64,000 nt of DNA, from positions 4,650,001 through 4,714,000 of the forward strand of contig NC_043001.1 of NCBI RefSeq assembly GCF_006345805.1, given 5' to 3'. The notes beneath the pieces were generated by a model. It was not told where the DNA came from. It ran no database searches and was given only the letters and a program-made list of their open reading frames with translations. The DNA comes from Octopus sinensis. Taxonomy: Eukaryota. Below, piece by piece: positions 61,811 to 64,000 of the stretch (position 1 is its first letter; each line of letters opens with the position of its first letter). The position numbers and the translations under genes were made by a program.

Positions 61811-64000
61811 ATTTACATAAACACTACAAACACTTACACATACGTATATGAAATTGTCTACTAGTCAACCTGAAAGATGTATTTAAATTTAAATGCAATC
61901 TATATAATAGGAGGGGAATTTAATTGGACGCAATATTTTACTACATTGTTGGACATATGCAAGACAACTCGTTTCTAATGGAGAAAGTATTGTGCATTCG
62001 AGCATGGAGAAAGGCTGATGCCATAAATTCTCCGAAGTAATTTATCTCCTACAGCCTGTCAATTCAAAGTCGGTAATTATTGATTTATGAGGGTAGTTCC
62101 GACCGTCTTCCATATGTGTATCGCTACCCACACGTCTGTGGATTTGTAGCGACGACTTCGATCTAAGAATCTGTATGCCTAAAATATGTTTATCTACATT
62201 ATATCATATAAAACAGACAGGTAAATGTATATATGTATATAGGTATGTGTATATATACACACATACAGACATGCACAGGCACAGGCATATATGTAATTGC
62301 GTCTATGTGAAGGTAAGTATATATACACACACACAGATATGTATTTATGTGTGTTTAAGTGAATGTAAATATACACACACAAACACATTGATATTTTTTT
62401 ACTCACATTTTCGTTCCGCAACAGTTGAAGGGTTGAAAAAAGCAAGATGGTCTTCGATTACAGATTTTTCACTATTCCATATTCTCTTGTGCTCAATGAG
62501 AAATCTTACTTTTGCTTAGTTTTATTCACTTGGTGATAAATTCTTAGGATATTAGTATGCTCTTCCTACAGATCTTTAAAATCTCATCTTCAATAAACCG
62601 ATCCGAAAATCTATGATTTTACTCCCTAGACTGAAATACGTATGTGTAATAAATTTATTATGCAATGTACGTTTCTCTGCTTTCTTTTATTATTTTCATA
62701 TTTTCCAAATAAAAATGTATATTTCACTAAATTTATACAATGTTATTATTTCATACTGACGTTCCACATTGACGTCATGAATTATTCTGAGAACTCAGAC
62801 TTGGATGTGTCTGAATTATTATTTTTTTAAATATGTGTCCGTAGGGCAAATAATAATTTTACGCCATGTGAAAATGCAAATCTTGAGATTTCGAATTAAG
62901 GACGTCTTATGGTATCGAGAAAGACAGGTACAAACATCCAAAACTCAAGCCTAATAGCTCTAAAATTATCAACTATTTATTTCTTAATCAATATGGTATC
63001 TAAAAACCCAACTAAACACAACGCGGCAGGGCAGGAGACACAGAATCCGCCACCTACATCCACTAAGACATAATATTCAAATGTAATGCGAATGTAACAA
63101 TTGAACAAGTGTGTTTTAACTGCGGCACAAAACTACCCGATCAGCTGTTATGTCTACTAATATGAACAAGCAATTGACATGTACCCGAGTTCGAGGCTAC
63201 CGGAGATACTTCTGGTAGATCAGCAGCAAAAGAGGGATCTTTCATCATTTGTTTAAGCAATTTGCATAGCGATTTCTGAAATACGTAAATATATCGACAT
63301 AGATTGTGGAGAGTTATACTCGGCCAAGTATGCGACGCATAGAGACTAAAAAGAAAGATGTCTCGGGCGAGTGTCAATCTACATCTCTGGAAATAGGAAA
63401 CTCTTAACGTTGAGCTCGCACTCAAACTCGTTCTGTGAGACTCGTTTGTTACATGGAAAAAACAGCTGATGCAGAAAAAGTGTAGAATGCCTTAAACTGA
63501 TGAAATATATATTAGTAAATCTACATCGATGCATTAATGTATTCTTTGATTAAATTTAAACATTAAAGAAAACAAGATGTCCGCACTATTACCAATAAAA
63601 CATGCGCTAAGAATATCCCATGAAACAGAAGAGGAGAAGGCGAAATCGGGGCATACAAAATATGGCAGAGAACATTAAGGCCCTTTATAAATTTTCAAAT
63701 ATATATACCTCGGTGCGGTAAAATTAGAGACAGTGATAGGAGTAAGGTTTCACACTAATTGTAGATACTGCAGGATAAAAGAACTATAAAAAATTGTCTT
63801 CAAATTTCTTGTGGAAAATAAGCAGATGACCAAATACAATTATATTGCTTATCCGCCTAAGATCAGCAATTTATAAACACTCTACGAGATTCACGCACAA
63901 GGATTTCATGGAACCTGGACTACCGTGAAGTGAACTTGCGAAGTTTGCTGTGTAGCGGAAGAAAATGTGAGCTTACAAGCATACACACACACGTACACAC

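Overview
This is AT-rich, microsatellite-dense animal genomic DNA, probably intronic or intergenic. The tRNA-derived SINE families and the density of (TA)n, (ATT)n and (TTC)n arrays resemble octopus genomes; that is recognition from memory, not a database result. Almost every long ORF in the track is a microsatellite artefact or a transposon remnant. Recognisable decayed elements are R4/Dong-type and HERO-type restriction-like-endonuclease LINEs, RTE, CR1-type and Tx1/L1-type LINEs, two Penelope-like elements with GIY-YIG domains, Tc1/mariner and pogo-like fragments, a complete 394-bp non-autonomous Helitron, and many SINEs. I could not recognise any host protein-coding gene; a few short candidate exons are given at low confidence. 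The most striking signal is a set of minimal type-I hammerhead-ribozyme-like folds in short Penelope-type terminal repeats and foldback elements. Their cores are non-canonical: G3:C8 (13794-13844), U3:A8 (42586-42630) and C3:G8 with A6U (41031-41068, 43635-43672). The 3-8 tertiary pair therefore covaries between families within one window. Other notable structures are a two-template local insertion at a (TA)n tract (49279-49571), a chain of LINE 3' ends embedded in (TAA)n, and a 107-bp minisatellite. All alignments were made by eye, so element boundaries are approximate.
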